A stretch of DNA of 64,000 nt. It comes from Scyliorhinus canicula. Lineage: Eukaryota. Location of the stretch: positions 143,115,955 to 143,179,954 of the forward strand of contig NC_052149.1 in NCBI RefSeq assembly GCF_902713615.1, in the 5' to 3' direction. The notes beneath the pieces are model-generated. The model was not told where the DNA came from and made no database searches. It saw only the letters and a list, made by a program, of their open reading frames with translations. This document shows positions 25,341-39,039 of the stretch, one piece after another; position 1 is the first letter of the stretch, and each line of letters begins with the position of its first letter. The position numbers and the translations under genes were made by a program.

Positions 25341-26159
25341 AACATATTACAGGGCTATGCCTGGCATGCATGTCTTGGTCCAGGATGGGGAGGGCCTTTC
25401 TGTGGTGTGTCATTCATGTACAGCATGCTGTGTGGAGCGTGATCAGTCTCACAGTTAGTTTGGTCCTGGTGATGGGTGGCATGGTATTGGGCGGCAGATT
25501 ACATTGTCACACTCAGATATCTGCAGCCTATAAATGGGGAACTGATAAGTAAAGGGGGGGACAGTAAATGGTCTCATGGGGGGAGGTGGGAGAATGGAGA
25601 GGTCACTATTCATGGGGCCTCAAGGTGCGGAGGGGTGAGGTTGACATGGGGCATGGTGATCTCCACAGAAAATGGTTCAGAGGGAAGGACAGGGACATCA
25701 ACTACAATTACTCCAAAGCTAAAGGGGGAGACAGGAGAGTAAGAAGAGGGAGGGAAACTTGCACACAATGAGCTTCGAGGATGATAGGAGAGGGTCATAA
25801 GTTCACAAGATATAGGAACAGAATTAGACCATTTGACCCATCGTGTCTGCTCTGCCATTCGATCATGGCGGATCTCATCCTGGCCTTAACTCCACCTTCC
25901 TGCCCATTCTGCGGAACCCTCCAACCCATTACCAATTAAAAAATCTGTCCAACTCTTCCTTAAATTTACTCACTCTAGCAGCATCCACTGCACTCTGGGA
26001 TAGAGAATTCCACAGATTCACAACTCTTTGAGAGAAGTAGTTTCTCCTCAACTCCGTTTTAAATTTGCCACCTTTTATCTTAAGACTATGACCACTCGTT
26101 CTAGAATTCCCCACAAGAGGAGGCATCCGCTCCACGTCTACTTTACCCATACCTTTTAT

Positions 26160-26458
26160 TAGCACAGTGGGTAGCACTGTTGCTTCACAGCTCCAGGGTC
26201 CCAGGTTCGATTCCCGGTTTGGGTCACTGTATGTGTGGAGTCTGCACGTTCTTCCCGTGTCTGCGTGGGTTACCTCTGGATGATCAGGTTTCCTCCCACA
26301 AGTCCCAAAATATGTGCTGTTAGGTGAACTGGACATTCTGAATTCTCCCTCTGTGTACCCGAACAGGCACCAGAATGTGGCGACTAGGGGCTTTTCACAG
26401 TAACTTCATTGCAGTGTTAATGTTAGCCGACTTATGACAATGAAGATTATTATTATTA
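26160..26458 (+). mobile_element. V-SINE with third tail type, (ATT)n
   Basis: Core followed by GAATTCTCCCTC..GGCTTTTCACAGTAAC..GATTATTATT. Confidence 0.88.
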
Positions 26459-26716
26459 ATTTGATCTCCCCTCATGCTTCTAAACTCCAGAGAGTATAGG
26501 CCTAAACTGTTCAATCTCTCTTCATACGACAAACCCCTCATCGCAGAATCAACCTAGTGAACCTCCTCTGAGCTGCCTCCAATGTCACTACATCTCTCCT
26601 CAAATAATGGGACCAAAACTGTGCACAATACTCCAGCTGCAGTCTCACCAATGCCTTGTACAGTTGCAGCAACACTTCCTTACCTTTATATTCAATTCCT
26701 TTAGCTATAAATGCCA

Positions 26717-26944
26717 GGGCAGCACGGTAGCACAGTGGGTTAGCCCTGCTGCCTCACGGCGCCGAGGTCCCAGGTTCGATCCTGGCTCTGGGTCACTGTC
26801 TGTGTGGAGTTTGCACATTCTCCCTGTGTTTGCGTGGGTTTTGCCCCCACAACACAAAGATGTGGAGGGTAGGTGGATTGGTCATGCTAAATTGCCCCTT
26901 AATTGGAAAAAATGAATTGAGTGCTCAAAATTTATTTTTAAAAA
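26717..26944 (+). mobile_element. Short A-tailed V-SINE with TSD
   Basis: TSD AGCTATAAATGCCA; inserted in CR1. Confidence 0.92.
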
Positions 26945-28786
26945 AGCTATAAATGCCAACATTCCATTCACTTTTTTTATTATTTGCTGTACATGCATGC
27001 TAGTTTTCTGTGACTCATGAACGAGGACCCCCAGATCGGAGCATCCCGAAGTCTCACCCCATTTAGATAATAAGTTGCCTTCCCATTTTTCCGATATAAT
27101 GCATGACCTCATACTTATCCACATTAAACTCCTTCTGCCACATTTTGGTCCACTCTCCTAACCTATCTGCATCCATTTGTAAGGTTCTTATTTCCATTAT
27201 TGTCCCACCTAGTTTGGTGTCGATTGGACGTTGATGGTGAGGGTTTGAAACTGGTCTTGAAATAGAATTGGATCAGCACCGTCTCAGCAGCCAATGTAAT
27301 GACACAGTGGAAAAATAAGCTTGGAAAATAATTTGCCAATGGAGGGGTCTGAAGGCTTATATAGATTTGGTATAATTGATCATTTGTCCCTCACAGAGGA
27401 AAGTGAAAAGTCAGAAGGATCAAACTACTAAAGGGCCATGACTATAGTACATATACAACATGCTCCAGACTACCTTACACATTGCAGTTTGGAGGTCCAA
27501 GGTTTACAGAGCTCATTGACTGCAGTCATTGAATTAGTGCAAGGCTGGGATCTAGCCGATTCCAAAGAAGGCAGCCTGACAGTGTCCTCACTGAGTTTGG
27601 TAGTGCCTGGCTGTATTCATCCAGATCCAATTCCCGTTGTGAATACACTGTCATGCCTAGGCAGATGGGGATGTTGGGGAAAGCTCAGCTCTCTGCAATC
27701 CATCAGGATGGACAAGTTGGGCCGAAGGGTCTGTTTCCAAGCTCTAAACCTCTGTGACCTCTATGTGCTTCAGCTACAAGGGAGAACTTGGTTTGGAATT
27801 CTTGAGTGAAGGTTTCACAATGACTCCCTAGCTTGATGATGGAAGGTGATCATTGCAGGGTAAGGTGCAATGATGTCTCTCATTTGTTTTTCCACAGACA
27901 CAAGGAGAAATGCAGAATGTGGGCTGCAGGCAACACTGTCTTCTTCATAGCTATGATGGAACTGAGGATGAGAAAAAAGGCCCATCGCTGATTCACAGAG
28001 GTAAAGGAAGAGCCTCGCCCTGAGGAATATGGGCCAGCAGGATCCATGAAGACCCAGAAGCTGGGGAGGAGGCCAACTCCACAGAGGCATTTGGCACTAC
28101 ACAGGATACACTGAAGATGCCTTTCATTGTTGCAGAAGGGCAAGAGAAACAGTGCCACAGAAACCTTCGCTTGTCAAGGGATGTGGAGACTCACATCTGT
28201 CATATTCTTTGGATGGATCATATGTCACAGGGTCTGGCAGGCCATTCATTGCTCTGAAGGTACCTGGTACACTCAACATTTTTGCAGGTGGCTTGTTTCA
28301 GGGCTCCACTGGGGATCTTTGCAGAATATCGTAATGGTCCACACGTAAATGCACACAAGAGGTTACTGATGCCCTTATCAGTGAGGCATACAGAAATGTA
28401 AAGTTGTTCTTGAATGAAGGCTGCCAAAGCAGTGGGATTTGTGGTGATCCCTGTCTTCCCAGCAGGCATAGGGCACCAAAGACAACACACACGTGGCCTT
28501 CTGCAGTGACCACGAACATTTATCAATAGAAATGGCTTCCACTCTCTCTGTTCAGCTGATCTGTGATCACTGAAATGCAGGTTTGTGCAAGGTACTGTGG
28601 GAGCTTGCATGATTCTTACACCTTGAGTCTCTCACAGGTGTTACAGATCTTTGAGGGCCCTAAGGACATTGAGAGTTAGTCAATTGGTGATAAAGGCTTC
28701 CCACAAAAGACATGGTTGATGATGATCATTCGGCAGCTACAGAGTGCTTCAAAGTACAATGTGACTCATTCTGCAACACACCCTTT

Positions 28787-30403
28787 TTAAAAAAATAATT
28801 TTAATTCAAATTTTCACAAAAAAGAAACCAATAACAGAAAATTCTAAGAACAAAAAAAAACAGAACCCCCCCTCCCCCCCATACAAAAGAGAAACAATAC
28901 ATTAAAGCCCGTCATTGGCAAAAAACAGATATTCAACCCAAAACAAAAACAAAGAGACAATCCCCCCCCCCCCGGGTTGCTGCTGACCTTTTGTTTTTAC
29001 CGTTCTGCCAGGAGATCTAGGAATGGTTGCCATCTCCTGAAAAACCCCTGCGCTGATCCCCTTAGGGCAAATTTCACCCTCTCCAATTTGATGAACCCCG
29101 CCATATCGTTGATCCAGGCCTCCACGTTTGGGGGCCTCGCATCCTTCCACTGAAGAAGAATCCTCCGCCGGGCTACTAGGGACGCAAAGGCCAGAACACC
29201 GGCCTCTTTCGCCTCCTGCACTCCCGGCTCCACTGCAACCCCAAATATTGCGAGTCCCCAGCCTGGATTGACCCTGGATCCTACCACCCTCGATACCGTC
29301 CTTGCTACACCCTTCCAAAATTCCCCCAGCGCTGGGCATGCCCAGAACATGTGGACATGGTTTGCTGGGCTCCCTGAGCACCTAATACACCTGTCCTTGG
29401 TCCCAAAAAAACGGCTCATCCTTGTCCCGGTCATATGAGCCCTATGCAGTACCTTAAACTGTATGAGGCTAAGCCTCGCACACAAGGAGGAGGAGTTCAC
29501 CCTTTCTAGGGCATCCGCCCACGTCCCCTCCTCAATCTCCTCACCCAGCTCCTCCTCCCATTTATCTTTCAGCTCCTCCACCGAGGCCTCATCTACCTCC
29601 TGCATCACCTGGTACACTTCCGAGATCCTCCCCTCTCCAACCCATACCCCCGAGAGCACCCTGTCCTGGACCCCACGCGTCGGCAGCAGGGGGAACCCCG
29701 CGTCCTGCCGCCTGACAAACGCCCTTACTTGCATGTACCTAAAGGTGTTCCCCGGGGGGAGCTGTAACTTCCCTTCCAGCTCACCCAGGCTCGCAAACTT
29801 CCCGTCTATGAACAGGTCCCCCAGCCTCCTGACACCTGCCCTGTGCCAACTCAGGAACCCGCCATCAATTCTCCCCGGAACAAACCGGTGGTTCCCCCGT
29901 ATCGGGGACCCCATCAAGGCCTCCACCTCCCCCCTGTGCCGCCTCCATTGCCCCCAAATGTTGAGGGTAGCTGCCACCACCGGGCTCGTGGTATACCTCG
30001 TCGGAGGGAGTGGCAGCGGCGCTGTTGCAAGCGCTTCCAGGCTTGTACCCACACAGGATGCCATCTCCAGCCTCTTCCATGCCGCCCCCTCCCCATCCAT
30101 TACCCACTTACACACCATCGCTGCGTTGGCAGCCCGATAATACCCACAGAGGTTGGGCAACGCCAGCCCCCCCCATCCCTGCCCCGCTCCAAGACCACCC
30201 GTCTCACCCTTGGAGTCCCGTGTGCCCCCACAAACCCTGTAATGCTCCTGTTAACCCGCCTGAAAAAGGCCTTCGGGATAAGGATGGGGAGGCACTGGAA
30301 CAGGAACAGAAACCTCGGGAGCACCATCATCTTGACCGACTGCACCCTACCTGCCAAAGACAGCGGCAGCATGTCCCACCTCTTAAACTCCTCCTCCATT
30401 TGC
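28787..30403 (-). mobile_element. L1-clade LINE, 5'-truncated, young
   Basis: Open 387-aa ORF2 C-terminus with cysteine-rich CIRC..HMFWAC motif; upstream frame LSLAGRVQSVKM; A-rich tail; 17-bp TSD TCTGCAACACACCCTTT (28770-28786, 30404-30420). Confidence 0.93.
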
Positions 30404-30516
30404 TCTGCAACACACCCTTTGACACGACAGACCAATGGCCTGTTGAAAATGTGTTTCAGATGTCTGGACTGGTCAGTTGGTACTCTCTAGTATTCAACCA
30501 CAGAGGCTGTCCCAAA

Positions 30517-30836
30517 TGGGTGACACGGTGGTTAACCCTGCTGCTTCACAGGGATCCATGTTCAATTCCAGCCTTGGGTGACTGTGTGGAGTTTGTATGT
30601 TCTTTCCATGTCTGCGTGGGTTTCCTCCGGGTGCTCCGGTTTCCTCCCACAATCCAAAGATTTGCGGTTAGGTGGATTGGCCATGCTAAATTTCCCTTTA
30701 ATGCACAGGTTGGGCTATGGGGTTACAGGGATAGGGTGGGGTGGATGAGGGAGTGTAAATGCGTAGCTCATTCAAAAGGGTCAGTACAGACTCGATAAGC
30801 CGAATGGCCTCCTTCTGCACTGTACGGATTCTATGA
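30517..30836 (+). mobile_element. HE1-type V-SINE
   Basis: Head-core-tail inside the Harbinger transposase. Confidence 0.88.
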
Positions 30837-31896
30837 TTCGATGATCATTGTGGCTTGCTGAGCTCTATGGAACCTGGTGCTCCAAAGGGGGGGATGAGTT
30901 GCCACATGAAGAGATGGGGGACCTGCAAATCTCCTCCAATGAGGAGGATGCAGAAAATTCTGACATCAAAGAGGGCATGGATGATGACGGCCCACAGGAA
31001 GGGGCCAATGCACAGGCAAGAAGCCTGTCAGACCCTTACAGCGACAAAGTTCTCGGGCGATAAAGAAGACTAGCTCATGTGAGCAGATTTCAACTGTTCC
31101 TTCGATACATGGTAGACACTAACACCTTCTTTGTTGCCCTCAACATCTCAATGAAAGACATCAGTTTCAGAATGAGTAGTCACAATCTTGTGCTTTGATG
31201 GCCTCATCCCTAAAAAGCTAGGCAGCCTTTGGAGCATGTGGCTATTCTGTAATGGGATAAGAACCCCACCAGCACTCACTCTGAAGCAGTGCTTTCAAGC
31301 ATAGCGCAAATACTTCATCACCTGCAGCAGACTTCAAAAGACGCGGACAGCACTGAAAAATTAATGGACTCATGACAACATGCCTCGAGCTTTGCAAGGC
31401 ACTTCAAGGAGGACAATTATCAATCACTGGCTATTGCGTAACCATCTGAGAACTGATTTGAATCCGGACAGCAGCATCTCTCCAAAGGCCATTACTCATG
31501 CATGAATAATGTTCAGATACCATCATGACACTGAGTCCCCCAGATGTTATCATATGTCACTCCCAATCCCAGATGCAAGCCTATAAGTCAGGTTGCCTTG
31601 TGTGCCCAGAGAGCTTCAACAGCACCATCGTCTGATCATTGACAAACACTCATGACCCTGTCTTTGTCAGGAACTTCCCAAGTTCACGTCCAGCATTGCC
31701 ATAACCATCTGGGACTGTTGTGGCCCAGTCAGTCTCACCATCTCATTTGTGGATTACTTAGTAACTTTTTTTATACTAAAGACAACACAACAGATATATT
31801 GGAGCTTTGCTCTGATCCCATTACAGGCCTCCATTTTGTCATTCTAGCAGACTGAGATATGTATGAGGAAGCCTGGGTCTCTGATGGCACTGTCAC

Positions 31897-34060
31897 ATAG
31901 AACATAGAACGATACAGCGCAGTACAGGCCCTTCGGCCCACGATGTTGCACCGACATGGGAAGTCAAAAACTAAAGGCCATCTAACCTACACTATGCCAT
32001 TATCATCCATATGCTTATCCAATAAACTTTTAAATGCCCTCAATGTTGGCGAGTTCACTACTGTTGCAGGTAGGGCATTCCACAGCCTCACCACTCTTTG
32101 CGTAAAAAACCTACCTCTGACGTCTGTCCTATATCTATTACCCCTCAATTTAAGGCTATCTCCCCTCGTGCTAGCCACCTCCATCCGCGGGAGAAGGCTC
32201 TCACTGTCCACCCTATCTAACCCTCTGATCATCTTGTATGCCTCTATTAAGTCACCTCTTAACCTTCTTCTCTCTAACGAAAACAACCTCAAGTCCATCA
32301 GCCTTTCCTCATAAGATTTTCCCTCCATACCAGGCAACATCCTGGTAAATCTCCTCTGCACCCGTTCCAAAGCTTCCACGTCCTTCCTATAATGAGGCGA
32401 CCAGAACTGTACGCAATACTCCAAATGCGGCCGTACCAGAGTTTTGTACAGCTGCAACATGACCTCATGGCTCCGGAACTCAATCCCTCTACCAATAAAG
32501 GCCAACACACCATAGGCCTTCTTCACAACCCTATCAACCTGGGTGGCAACTTTCAGGGATCTATGTACATGGACACCGAGATCCCTCTGCTCATCCACAC
32601 TGCTAAGAATTTTACCATTAGCCAAATATTCCGCATTCCTGTTATTCTTTCCAAAGTGAATCACCTCACACTTCTCTACATTAAACTCCATTTGCCACCT
32701 CTCAGCCCAGCTCTGCAGCTTATCGATGTCCCTCTGTAACCTGCAACATCCTTCCACACTGTCTACAACTCCACCGACTTTAGTGTCGTCTGCAAATTTA
32801 CTCACCCAACCTTCTGTGCCCTCCATAAAGGTCATTTATAAAAATGACAAACAGCAACGGCCCCAGAACAGATCCTTGTGGTACGCCACTCGTAACTGAA
32901 CTCCATTCTGAACATTTGCCATCAACCACCACCCTCTGTCTTCTTTCAACTAGCCAATTTCTGATCCACATCTCTAAATCACCCTCAATCCCCAGCCTCC
33001 GTATTTTCTGCAATAGACGACCGTGGGGAACCTTATCAAATGCTTTACTGAAATCCATATACACCACATCAACTGCTCTACCCTCGTCTACCTGTTCAGT
33101 CACCTTCTCAAAGAACTCGATAAGGTTTGTGAGGCATGACCTACCCTTCACAAAATCATGCTGACTATCCCTAATCATATTATTCCTATCTAGATGATTA
33201 TAAATCGTATCTCTTATAATCCTCTCCAAGACTTTACCCACAACAGACGTGAGGCTCACCGGCCTATAGTTACCGGGGTTATCTCTACTCTCCTTCTTGA
33301 ACAAAGGGACCACATTTGCTATCCTCCAGTCCTCTGGCACTATTCCTGTAGCCAATGATGACATAAAAATCAAAGCCAAAGGCTCAGCAATCTCTTCCCT
33401 GGCTTCCCAGAGAATCCTAGGGTAAATCCCATCAGGCCCCAGGGACTTATCTATTTTCACCTTGTCCAGAATTGCCAACACTTCTTCCCTACGCACCTCA
33501 ATGCCATCTATTCTAATAGCCTGGGTCTCAGCATTCTCCTCCACAACATTATCTTTTTCCTGAGTGAATACTGACGAAAAGTATTCATTTAGTATCTCGC
33601 TTATCTCCTCAGCCTCCACACACAACTTCCCACCACTGTCCTTGACTGGCCCTACTCTTACCCTAGTCATTCTTTTATTCCTGACATACCTATAGAAAGC
33701 TTTTGGGTTTTCCTTGATCCTACCTGCCAAAGACTTCTCATGTCCCCTCCTTGCTCGTCTTAGCTCTCTCTTTAGATCCTTCCTCGCTTCCTTGTAACTA
33801 TCAAGCGCCCCAACTGAAACTTCACGCCTCATCTTCACATAGGCCTCTTTCTTCCTCTTAACAAGAGATTCCACTTCTTTGGTACACCACGGTTCCCTCG
33901 CTCGACCCCTTCCTCCCTGCCTGACTGGTACGTACTTATCAAGAACATGCAATAGCTGTTCCTTGAACAAGCTCCACATATCCAGTGTGCCCAACCCTTG
34001 CAGCCTACTTCTCCAACCTACACATCCTAAGTCATGTCTAATGGCATCATAATTGCCCAT
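31897..34060 (-). mobile_element. CR1-clade (HER1-like) LINE, 5'-truncated, near-intact ORF2
   Basis: ORFs 32798-34150 and 31987-32835: NYRPVSLTSV, YMDFSKAFDKVPH, GVPQGSVLGP, KFADD, RPHLEYCVQFWSP. One frameshift near 32820; (GTTCTAT)n tail. Confidence 0.95.
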
Positions 34061-34599
34061 AATTGCACATAAGTGAACCATGTTGATTGGCCTCATGGGA
34101 GCCAGAACAGGGATTATGTCAAGTGAGGTTAGCCAGACCTTCAGGTGCAAACCAGCATCCTCACATGTAATAGGCTGGCATCATGAGACTAGGCACATGC
34201 CTATAACATTGCATAGTTCATGTTTAGCAGACATTTCAAGGGTCACCAAGTACTTACTAGGTCCATTGCTCTGCATCATTCAGGTGGGGAGTTTGGGGTA
34301 ATGTTTAGCCGTCAACTCAGTCATGATTTAACGTTGCAGGTCAACATGAAAGGCTAAAGTTCATGATGATTATTTAAGTCTTAACTCACACCTGTACCTG
34401 ACAATAATTACATGGAGACCATTGAAATGTACTTGTTTGGAATGACGCCAAGTTTTTAAAAAAGTATAATATCCACAGAGACACTTCAGTGCAGCAGCAT
34501 TAGGATAATTAAAACATTCTCAAACTCTATACTCAGGAGAGCACATTAAATGGTCTTCTGATGCTAGTCTCAGATATGAATTGTCCAACCACCATGATC

Positions 34600-36395
34600 A
34601 TATAGCAGCTGAGCAGAAACCCCATGGAGTACATGGTTTGGATGCTGAGCAAGCTGCTCGTGGGGAAAACCTCCCCAAGCCCCCAGAAATAGACAGGGCC
34701 CATAGGTCACTCTGGCCAAGGCCAAAAACAGGTGAGCAACCACGGGCCATCATTGCAAGCTACACATGTTCCAAGATAGAGAGTAGATCCTGAACTGGGC
34801 AAGGCGCACGTGGCTGAGCACATGTGAAGGGCACTCGATTTGCCTATATCAGGACATTGGAGGAGACCTGGCCAAATTTAACGCAGTCAAAGCAGCCTTG
34901 TACAAAAGTAAGATACGGTTCTGGATGCTGTACCCACCCAAACTGTGGGTAACCTTCCAGGGCAAGGAATATTATGTTACCTCACCAGTCGTGGGGCGGC
35001 ACGGTGACACTGTGGTTAGCACTGCTGCCTCACAGCTCCAGGTTCTCGGCCTGAATTCCGGCCTTGGGTGACTGTGTGGAGTTTGCACTTTCTCCCCGTG
35101 TCTGCACAGGTCCCAACCGGGAGGGAGTATCTGGCAGAGGGAGGATAAAACTCTCGGCAGGGGGGAAGAAGGGCGGGGGGAGAGGATATGGGAGGAAGGC
35201 CCACAGGAGTACAGGGGCGCAGGGAGGGGTAGACAAGGCCCAGGGGGATATCAGTGGGGAGAAGGGGGAATTGTGGGTGAGGGCAAAACACTGGTTATGG
35301 AAGGTCGCACAAGACGACAGCGGGAACAAGGGCATCAAAAACGGCCATCTTGGATGGCCCCCACAATAAAAGGAAACTCTGGAGTACAGGGACATATGCA
35401 CATGAAGAATATGGCAATGATGGCCATCTTGGATGACCCCCAGAGTGCAGGGGTTCATCCACAAGGTAAGTATGGTTGACCCTGCAGGAGTGGGGGACAG
35501 AAACCCTGCCATCAATATAGTCACCTGGAACGTCAGAGGACTTATCAGCCCGGTGAAACAATTCGGCATCTTCACCAAATGAAAAGTCTGAAGGCTGATT
35601 TAATATTGCTCCAAGAGATGCACCTGAGGGAGAAAGACCGACTGCAGGTGAGAAAGAGCTGGGTAGGACAGACATACCAATCATGTTACGGGACGGGGGC
35701 TAGGGGGTTGGCGACAAAGACAGTAACCGACCCAGGGGGATGGTATGTAATGGTTAGTGATGTCCTGGAAGGGGCACCAGTGGTGCTTGTAAATGTGTAT
35801 GCTCCCAACCGAGACAACGCTAACTTTATAAAGGAAACCATGGCAGAAATCCCGACATAGGGTTCCACCGCCTCCTTTTGGGGGTGGGGGGGGGGGGGGG
35901 GGGGGGGCTTAACTGCGTACAGGACCCACGGATAGACAGACCCAGCCCCAGATCGGGAAAACAATCAAGCATTGTCATGGCGAGGGAACTAAACGCCTTT
36001 AAGGAGCAAATAGGGGCAAGCACTGGGCAAGCAGTGCACCAGATCCACCAGACACAGGGGACATTTTACCAGCATGGAGCCAAAGCCAGCTGTCTGCTGA
36101 CTCACCAACTGAGGAAGCAGGCAGCCGTGAGGGAAATAACTCAGGTGGAGGATAGGAACGGCAGACTAGTCACAGCACCAGAGGAGATAAACAAAGCCTT
36201 TATGACCTTCTACTGAGAGCTGTACACCTCCGAGCCCCCCGGAGGGAGACTAGAATATGAAGCAGTTCCTCAACAGAGTGGACATGCTGGTCACAAGGGA
36301 GGAAGGGAACAGGGCTTGGAAGCACCATTAGAGCCGAGAGGCGTCATGGAGAGCATCAACTCTATGCGGCGGGCCGGCGCTGGGACCGGACAGAT
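34600..36395 (+). mobile_element. L1-clade LINE fragments (ORF1 C-terminus, ORF2 endonuclease), internally deleted
   Basis: EIDRAHRSLWPRPK; IVTWNVRGL; ADLILLQEMHL; VLVNVYAPN; LLTHQLRKQAA. Confidence 0.85.
34993..35108 (+). mobile_element. V-SINE head fragment
   Basis: A/B boxes and start of core. Confidence 0.8.
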
Positions 36396-36429
36396 TCCCG
36401 GTGGGCTGATTGAGCTGGAGGCAGTCCAG

Positions 36430-38230
36430 TTGTCCGAGATAGCATTGGCAGATGCCCTCTCGAGTCTAGAGGTCCTAGATGTAATAAGAGTCTCCTGCTC
36501 CAGGGCAGCTGCAGCTTTCTTGGAGTTAATGGGTCAGCGGCAGGTGGCAACTGGAACAGCCGGACACCCTTCGAATGTGCTGTGTAGAGGCTCCTGGGTG
36601 TCTGGCTGATCATCCTCCTAGATATGAGTGCCCAATGTCCCCTCCCTGACTCCTTGAAGAGAAGGGGCTCCTGATGAGAGGTTGAGGTATCCCATCGCCT
36701 TCTCACCTCACCACTAATGGATCCCACTTGTGACTGGAGCGATGGTGTACAGGTCCGAGCACATATCTGACAGCAACTGCTGGACCAGGGTCAACAGGAT
36801 GGACGTCACTCTTTCAATAGTGACATCAATCCATTTGCACAACTTCAGACAGAACGTGGATGGACTCCCCGTCCATCATTCTGATCTGGTGACAGCCTCT
36901 GACAACCATGCCTGCTGATCTCCTGCCTGTCTTTGAAGCTACAACAGTTCTGCGAGGGCTGAGTCTAGAGGCTGAGCAGGATCTGGGCCTCCATCTGTCC
37001 TTATGAGTGTTGGAGGCCTTGGCTGTCACTGCCTCTGCTTTTTCTTTGCTCACCAGATTGTAACTCTGAGACTGTTCTAGAACTTGGTCCCACTGAGGTG
37101 TGTGCCTCTGTGCTGATGGAGGGTGCAGATGAGCATAGTGATGGGTCTTCCTTGGATGCTTCCTCAGTATCTTCATCTCTGTGGACTCGAGCTGATGGGC
37201 TGGATTGTGGTGGCCCCTGTCTTTCCTTGTTGGTGGCTGTGATAGAGAGAAGAGATAATTAGTGATTAGGTGGACAGTCAACTACACTACCTTATGGTTC
37301 TGGACTGCCTGGGTGGAGACTCCCCAGATGTTTGTTGCTGAAAAGTGGAGCAAGAGGGCTTTTTTCTTCTTGTAGGCCATCATTCAACACAAGTCCTGGG
37401 CTACATAGAATGAATGTGAGTGTGTGGGTGCCATTTAACTATGGCGACCGGACCTTTGACCCCATGAGGTAACAGTAACCCTCCTGGAACCTTTCCCTCT
37501 TGTTGTGGGTGATCTTATCCTGCATAAAGCCAAATGGATAAATGGTAAGCAGCACTGGTTGCAACAGCAGATGATAAGCATGCATGCCTGCTGTGTGCGC
37601 TGGGTGGTCCCCAGTCAGGGCTGAAGACACGACTTGTGCAGGATGTCACAGGAGATGATAACAGTGAAGTGTGTGTGAGAGAATCAGTGCTGATGTCCCT
37701 TCTACTGTTGTAGCTGAGAACCTTATGGACTGTAACCATGCAAATGTCTGGTGGCCTTATGAGAGGGTAGGTTGAGAGTGAGGAGAAAGTTGACTTACCT
37801 TGGAAGAGCAGATGAGATCATCCTCTTCTGAGATCCAGAGATGTTGACCTCCCTGGAAACCACCTCCCAAGCCTGCATGGTTAGGTTGGTAGACCTCCTG
37901 CTGCCATCTCTGGGATAAAAGATCTCCCGCTGATACTGGACTGCTTAGAGGAGTCTCTTCAGGCATTTATTGCTGAATTTGGTGGCAGAGAGCTTATTTC
38001 TTCCCAGGGCCATGATTCGCCACAACAAGCTGTGTGTTGCAGAGAATGAATGTGTGTCTGGATGCCATTTAAATATGGCAGCCAAACCTTCGACCCCATG
38101 AGGTATGGTGAGATGGACAATTCCCAGCTCGCCCTGTCACAAGATTTGACAAGCTGCTTGTTTATGCATAAATAATTAGCTGAAAGGCAAACAATCTGGC
38201 ATGGCAACCCACTCCACCACCCAGCAGGAA
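36430..38230 (-). mobile_element. Harbinger Myb/SANT-like second gene relic (spliced)
   Basis: Decayed AWEVVS..SQKRM helix followed by a GTAAGT donor; next exon QDKITHNKRER; S/T-rich and coiled-coil tail. Confidence 0.6.
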
Positions 38231-38467
38231 TCACACCGACTTTCCCTCTCACCACTGCACTTAGTCTCCTGAATGGAAAATAACACCTTTAAATATGCAA
38301 TGAAAGATTTCTTTCCCAGTCTGCTGGGAAAGTGCATTGTGGCTGAAGTAGGTTTTGGCAGTTGCACTAGAAGTGACTCTAACCTGCGAAAGGCACATGG
38401 AAAAGCACAACATGGGAAAAGAGCTGTCTCCAAGGATTTGGGATGCTTCACTGGACGTCTTGTAGAA

Positions 38468-38605
38468 AAAATAAAAGCAAATTACTGCGGATGCTGGAAT
38501 CTGAAACGAAAGAGAAAATGCTGGAAAATCTCAGCAAGTCTGGCAGCATCTGTAGGGAGAGAAAAGAGCTAACGTTTTGAGTCCGATGACTCTTTGTCAA
38601 AGCTC
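38468..38605 (-). mobile_element. Penelope-derived repeat (second family) with decayed hammerhead
   Basis: GAGCT-TTGACAA-A-GAGTC-ATCG-GACTC-AAAA-CGTT-AGCTC. Related copies at ~16560-16690, 44478-44820, 58050-58170 and 60630-60670. Confidence 0.7.
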
Positions 38606-39039
38606 ATACTCTGTTATGAGTTCAAAGCTCATACTCATTAGCCTGGATTGAAGATTGGTTGTCTGTCAGAAAACAGAGTATGTGTATGACTGAACTGGGA
38701 CCTGTTTATGTCCCCTGTCTTTGTCCCTTACCTAGGACTTTCTTTTGGGACCTCCCATTATCCCTCTCCCTTGTCCTTCTTTCTGGGGCACTTCTTGGGA
38801 GCTCTCCCAGTGACCCTCCCTTGCTTCTCTCTCTGGGACACCTGCTGGCTCTGGCACCCCACATCTAGTCACCTAACATAAGTTTTTGTCCCTTTTTCTT
38901 TTTCCTCAGTCGTGGGCCCAACGAATGTAAAGATTCTGAACTGTGCATGTACTGTCCGCTCCTGGCTTGCACGTGAATGAGTAGTCTGAGGTTCTTTGAT
39001 ACTTGGAGTTCCCGACCCCCAAGGTAAGTTTGGGTTTCT

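Larger units (their letters stand above)
25797..27225 (-). mobile_element. CR1 LINE 3' fragment with two SINE insertions
   Basis: GHSLKIKG..FSQRVVNLWNSL and DLGVLVHES motifs; CR1-type tail. Confidence 0.88.
27900..31070 (+). mobile_element. PIF/Harbinger transposase relic interrupted by L1 and SINE
   Basis: FINRNGFHSL..VQLICDH, GDKGFP..WLM, [L1 insertion], GLLKMCFRCLD, [SINE], IIVAC, acidic tail. Confidence 0.85.
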
